DNA of 49,625 nt from an archaeon (GTDB taxonomy: Archaea > Nanobdellota > Nanobdellia > SCGC-AAA011-G17 > GW2011-AR17). Below, in pieces: positions 45,725-49,625 of the stretch. Position 1 is the stretch's first letter; each line of letters starts with the position of its first letter. The stretch is taken from positions 1 to 49,625 of the forward strand of contig JAZDPJ010000023.1 of the NCBI GenBank assembly GCA_043797705.1. Reading direction: 5' to 3'. The translations under genes were made by a program, and so were the position numbers. The notes below the pieces were generated by a model. The model did not search any database and had not been told where the DNA came from. It saw only the letters and a list, made by a program, of their open reading frames with translations.

Positions 45725-45905
45725 TAATATCAGATAATAAGATATTATTTAAAGCTTTCGTTAGGATTTTTGAGTGGTATTTTTAGCAGATTTAATCTAC
45801 ATAAACATTATAAAACCTCAAATGAGTTATTACTGCTATGAGAGGGGTGATAGAGTTAATGGACTAAAAGAAAGACTTATAACTTTTACTTCGTTCTTCT
45901 AGGCA

Positions 45906-46781
45906 ATGGAAACCGTTGGAGGGCAGGCAGTTATGGAGGGCGTGATGATGCGCTCAAAAGACACAGTTGTCACTGCTGTTCGTGATCCTAATGGAAAGAT
46001 TGTGTATAAAAAAGATAAGGTGAAGAGCCTTACAAAGAAACCCCCTTTCAAATGGCCTTTTCTTCGGGGCATTATCTCATTATATGAGACTTTAGTTATT
46101 GGTATGAAGAGTCTAAATTATTCTGCTGATGTTGCTATGCATGATGGCAGGAAGGTTGAGTCTACAAAGAAGGAGTGGGTTTTCATGGCTTTCTCTGTTG
46201 TTCTTTCTTTGGGGTTGGCGATTGCTATTTTCAAGTTTATCCCTTTGGCTTTGACTCAGTTTGCTTCTGGTTTTAGTTCAGTTTTTGGTAATCGTTTTGT
46301 TTTTAATATAGTTGAAGGTGTTTTGAAGCTTGGTATGTTCATTGGTTATATTGTTTTGATAGGTCAGATGAAGGATATCAGGAGGGTTTTTCAGTATCAT
46401 GGTGCGGAGCATAAGGCTGTTAATTGCTATGAGGCTGGTAAGCCTTTGACTGTTGAAGCTGCTAAGACATTCTCCACTGTTAATCCTCGCTGTGGCACTA
46501 GTTTCTTGCTGTTCGTGATACTGGTTAGCATTCTTGTTTACATTGTTATTCCTTTGGATTTTTCTTTTTGGGTTAAGTTAGGATTAAGACTTTTACTGCT
46601 TCCGGTGATTGCAGGTGTTTCTTATGAGGTCTTGAAGCTGAGTGCGAAGTATCCTAAGAATAGCGTATTCAAAGCTATTAGTGCTCCAGGGCTTTGGGTT
46701 CAGAGGCTTACTACAAAGGAGCCTGATGATAGGCAGTTGGAAGTGGCTCTGTTTTCTTTGAGAAAGGCTGTTAAGAATTAG
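45906..46781 (+). CDS. DUF1385 (YqhQ-like) membrane protein
   Basis: GGQAVMEGVMMR, FQYHGAEHK, PRCGTSF and Q.LTTKEP motifs. Confidence 0.92.
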   Translation: METVGGQAVMEGVMMRSKDTVVTAVRDPNGKIVYKKDKVKSLTKKPPFKWPFLRGIISLYETLVIGMKSLNYSADVAMHDGRKVESTKKEWVFMAFSVVLSLGLAIAIFKFIPLALTQFASGFSSVFGNRFVFNIVEGVLKLGMFIGYIVLIGQMKDIRRVFQYHGAEHKAVNCYEAGKPLTVEAAKTFSTVNPRCGTSFLLFVILVSILVYIVIPLDFSFWVKLGLRLLLLPVIAGVSYEVLKLSAKYPKNSVFKAISAPGLWVQRLTTKEPDDRQLEVALFSLRKAVKN

Positions 46782-46800
46782 AAAAATGGGTTTATTCTAG

Positions 46801-46910
46801 GGCTCTGGTGCATTCCTATTTAGAAAGGTATATTTTCCTTCAAAATACCTACCGATGTCGCTATGAAGATACTATGGTGCAACCCTCTGAAAAAGACTTC
46901 TAGAATAGCC
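46801..46910. mobile_element. Second MITE copy, opposite orientation, with internal 31-bp inversion
   Basis: 46801-46874 is the reverse complement of 35491-35564; 46875-46905 is a direct copy of 35460-35490. Confidence 0.8.
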
Positions 46911-48510
46911 TAGCAGCAAAGCTTCTAATGCCTGTACTGACTCTTGAGGCTACGCTTGGGGCTTCAACAGAGGTTATTTCTCTATCAGATGTTTCCCATA
47001 GCCCGCCCCACCAGCTTTCTTCAACTGGTTCGTATGCATTTTCAAGAAGGGTTATCATATCTCGTAATTCTATTAGCTCATCTCTGACTTGTGATCCTTC
47101 TATAACAGATTCTTCTTCCACTTCTTCAATTACTTCTATTGGTTCACCTGTGCATGCGCCTTCTACGCAGTTTCCTGAATCACATGGTGCTGTTGTTATT
47201 GTGTATCCTTCAGGAGCATTAGCATCACATTTATATTCAATTAGCTCCCCGTCAGCACAACTGTCCACATGGGTTTCTGTTACAGCAACTAGTTTTATCC
47301 CACTTTCATAATCACCTATATTTGTTAGTGCTCTTGTTCTTGGTTCGTATATTTTCAGTGTTCCTTTGAGTACTGTTTGGTCTCTGAGGGGTGCATATTT
47401 GTCTGTCTCAATGCAGTATGGACCTTCTTCGCATGCTCCGTCTGCGCAGTTCGGGCAGGTTACTTCGAGGAATGCGACTCGTGAGGTTTCTTTCCAGTTA
47501 GTGTTTAGCCCTACGCACCCGTAGTTCACTAGTGTTGTTTCATCTTTGCAGTAGTCTGTGAATGTGTCGAAGAACTTGGTTGCTGAGGGGTAGTATCCTT
47601 CAACTGATGATGCTCTTGTGAAATCATCTAATGATCCAGTTGCTCCTATGTTGTATTTGCAGGCTTTTTCGTCAGGGCTTATGTCTGCAAGTTTTGTTGT
47701 TATCCAAATCGTGTCTGTGTCTTTGAGTATGTTTCCCTTTGCTACTTGGAATTGTTCTAGGGAGGATATTTTGATTGCATTGATTTCAGGGTGGCCAGGC
47801 ATTGGAGCGAGCTCTATTTTGTAGTCTATGCTGCCTAAGGTGAGAGTTAATGCATTGTCATCTGCTATGAAATCGAATAGTGATTCTTCTGAAGTTTCAA
47901 TTTTTTCTTCTAGTAGGGCTTGTATGTTTGTGTGGGATATGTTCCAGGGTATGTGCAGCTTTTCTGTTTTGTCTGCGCTTTCGAAGTTTATTCCTAGTGT
48001 TATCTGTGATGGTGTTGAGCTTCTTATTTTTATGTAGGCGTTATTTGCCCCGTATGTTATTTGTGCTAGAAAATCTGTTGTTGCGTCTACTGATTTTGCA
48101 AATTGTGCGTCCTCATCGTAGAATACTTTAAATTTTTTTTCTTCAAAGCTTCCTAGTACTTTCTCAAAGGATTTTGTCAGGGTGAGTGTTGCTTTTCCAG
48201 TTTCAAATCCTTCATAGGTTGCTGTTATCACTGTTAGTCCGTCTGATTCATAGGAGTCACCGATTTCAATAGGATTGTCATTTATTGTTAGGTCTCCTGT
48301 ACTCGGGTCAAATGTTAATTCAATGGCAGTATCGCAGTATGTGAAGCTTTTATCCTGGTCTACGATTAAGGAGTAGGAGTCACATATCTCGCTTAGGTCA
48401 TCTTCAGTTTGTGTTGTGTCAGTATTTCCATCAGTTATGGTATCTACGGCTATCGCTAAAGGAAGTAGCAGAAGGAGTCCGATAATTAGTATTATGATTT
48501 TTCTTTCCAT
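46900..48510 (-). CDS. Secreted Cys-rich protein, paralog of 40307..41956
   Basis: Signal peptide and shared Cys-rich block; the stop codon lies within the MITE copy. Confidence 0.75.
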   Translation of the reverse strand: MERKIIILIIGLLLLLPLAIAVDTITDGNTDTTQTEDDLSEICDSYSLIVDQDKSFTYCDTAIELTFDPSTGDLTINDNPIEIGDSYESDGLTVITATYEGFETGKATLTLTKSFEKVLGSFEEKKFKVFYDEDAQFAKSVDATTDFLAQITYGANNAYIKIRSSTPSQITLGINFESADKTEKLHIPWNISHTNIQALLEEKIETSEESLFDFIADDNALTLTLGSIDYKIELAPMPGHPEINAIKISSLEQFQVAKGNILKDTDTIWITTKLADISPDEKACKYNIGATGSLDDFTRASSVEGYYPSATKFFDTFTDYCKDETTLVNYGCVGLNTNWKETSRVAFLEVTCPNCADGACEEGPYCIETDKYAPLRDQTVLKGTLKIYEPRTRALTNIGDYESGIKLVAVTETHVDSCADGELIEYKCDANAPEGYTITTAPCDSGNCVEGACTGEPIEVIEEVEEESVIEGSQVRDELIELRDMITLLENAYEPVEESWWGGLWETSDREITSVEAPSVASRVSTGIRSFAARLF

Positions 48511-48514
48511 TTTT

Positions 48515-49624
48515 CTATCTCAATAATGATACTACCCTCCCTGTGACCATGCCAATAAAGCTCGCTATCGGTGATTGTTTAGGTGTAAACGCCCCCGGCA
48601 CTATTACTTTTTCTTGGGCAACAGAAGTAAGTGCAGCAGGTATTGAAGCTGCATCAGGTATTGAAGTTCCGGCCGGATGAGTTCCTGCTGTTGCTGTGCT
48701 TTTGCAGTTAGCTTCGACAAATTCATCTCCGACTTCTTCTCTCAAGCAGCTGTTTCTGCAGATAATGTCTTGCACCATTGCTTTGGAAGATTGTATTCTT
48801 GATATGATTTGGCTGTCTGATGGTTCTCCAGGCATAACTTCTGGTAGCGGCCATTTCTGATGTTTCAATAGTAATTGCTGCTGTTTTAGTTGTGATTCAT
48901 ATCCATCATCAATGCATGCCATATTAGAGGGAGTAGCAGGAGTTAAAGTAGAAAGTTGCTCGCAGTTGTTAGAAATAAATAGTAAATCTTGCTGTGCTGA
49001 TTGCGGTCTTAGGCATTTGTTCTTGCATATGATGCTTTGTATTTTTGATTCAAATGAAAGTATGTGCCCTCTTGCTTGAGCTGCTGTAAGGGAGGATTCT
49101 ATGTTTGGAGGCCAAGTAGGTGGTGCTGCGCTGCTTGTTGGTCCGTATGTATCATCTACGCATCCTTCTAGTGTTGGAGTCACATCTGTTTGGTCAAGTG
49201 CTCCGCTATCAGATCCTCCTCCATTTTGATCGGTTTGAACAAAATCGGGCAGTCGTAGCAAGTATTGTTTCGGTGATTCTGTTGGTGGGCTTGTTAGTAT
49301 GATTCCCATGACATTTGTAACAGTTGAGCCAGCATCTATACCTTGAGGGGCATTGCCTTGAATAGATAAAGTCCAATATTTGGTATAGCTCGTAATTGAA
49401 AGTTCACAGGAAGACCAAGGGTAAGGTTTGGCTGCAGTTATTTTTCGGGCAGTATAATCCACAGTTAGCCCTGTTGAGACTATTATTGCTTCATCGCAAT
49501 ACTCAAAGTCTAAAACAGAAACTGGCTGACCCCTACTGTCTTCTGGTATAGTTGCAGGTGTTTGCTTGAATACCCATCCTATTGGATCTCCTGAAGGCCC
49601 TTGAGGCCTCAATGGCACGACATC
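48515..49624 (-). CDS. Cys-rich protein, paralog of 41972..43297 (5' end outside the window)
   Basis: Frame is open to the window edge; two IIC.N.CLR repeats; C-terminal GMVTGRVVSLLR. Confidence 0.75.
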   Translation of the reverse strand, partial: DVVPLRPQGPSGDPIGWVFKQTPATIPEDSRGQPVSVLDFEYCDEAIIVSTGLTVDYTARKITAAKPYPWSSCELSITSYTKYWTLSIQGNAPQGIDAGSTVTNVMGIILTSPPTESPKQYLLRLPDFVQTDQNGGGSDSGALDQTDVTPTLEGCVDDTYGPTSSAAPPTWPPNIESSLTAAQARGHILSFESKIQSIICKNKCLRPQSAQQDLLFISNNCEQLSTLTPATPSNMACIDDGYESQLKQQQLLLKHQKWPLPEVMPGEPSDSQIISRIQSSKAMVQDIICRNSCLREEVGDEFVEANCKSTATAGTHPAGTSIPDAASIPAALTSVAQEKVIVPGAFTPKQSPIASFIGMVTGRVVSLLR

Positions 49625-49625
49625 C

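Larger units (their letters stand above)
45487..45760. repeat. Tandem direct repeat, two ~122-bp units with a 152-bp period
   Basis: 45487-45608 versus 45639-45760: nearly identical in the core and promoter, diverged in the spacer. Confidence 0.95.

Noticed and set aside
45487-45760. CRISPR array interpretation of the tandem repeat
   Set aside because: Only two units, about 122 bp each, each with its own promoter, and no cas genes.
535-49302. Many hydrophobic or Ser/Phe-rich plus-strand ORFs opposite real genes (e.g. 535..1008, 5647..6282, 23985..24752, 43299..43934)
   Set aside because: They are antisense shadows produced by the strong T/G bias and overlap well-supported genes.
1-49625. 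DGR reverse transcriptase or template repeat
   Set aside because: No RT motifs and no AAC-rich copy of the 2420-2510 region were seen in the window.

Overview
This is a 49.6 kb chromosomal segment of a DPANN-type archaeon, most likely Woesearchaeota-like. That assignment is inferred from the archaeal ribosomal proteins eS19/eL39/eL31/eL33/uL16, Cbf5, Hjc, Dph6, an archaeal-type GluRS, a bacterial-type ThrRS, TATA-type promoters and GGAGG(TG) ribosome-binding sites. Housekeeping genes (translation, tRNA/rRNA modification, Fe-S assembly, PpsA, TrxB) are interspersed with four toxin-antitoxin-like modules, three pseudogenes and many unknown secreted proteins. Several features lie outside the ORF track. 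(1) A tandem pair of promoter-driven 72-nt hairpin RNA candidates with a cUUCGg loop and pairing-preserving differences (45487-45760). (2) A DGR-target-like gene with a 22-codon NNY run, a MoxR-like ATPase and a second paralog (1-3189); no reverse transcriptase or template repeat is seen in the window. (3) A 110-bp IS6-like MITE with an 8-bp target duplication, plus an internally rearranged second copy. (4) A 56-aa histone-fold gene convergent with a 27-aa hyperacidic peptide. (5) A five-member dispersed lipoprotein-like family. (6) A multi-hairpin non-coding leader at 29980-30350. No rRNA, tRNA or CRISPR array was recognised. All calls come from reading the sequence; no searches were run.
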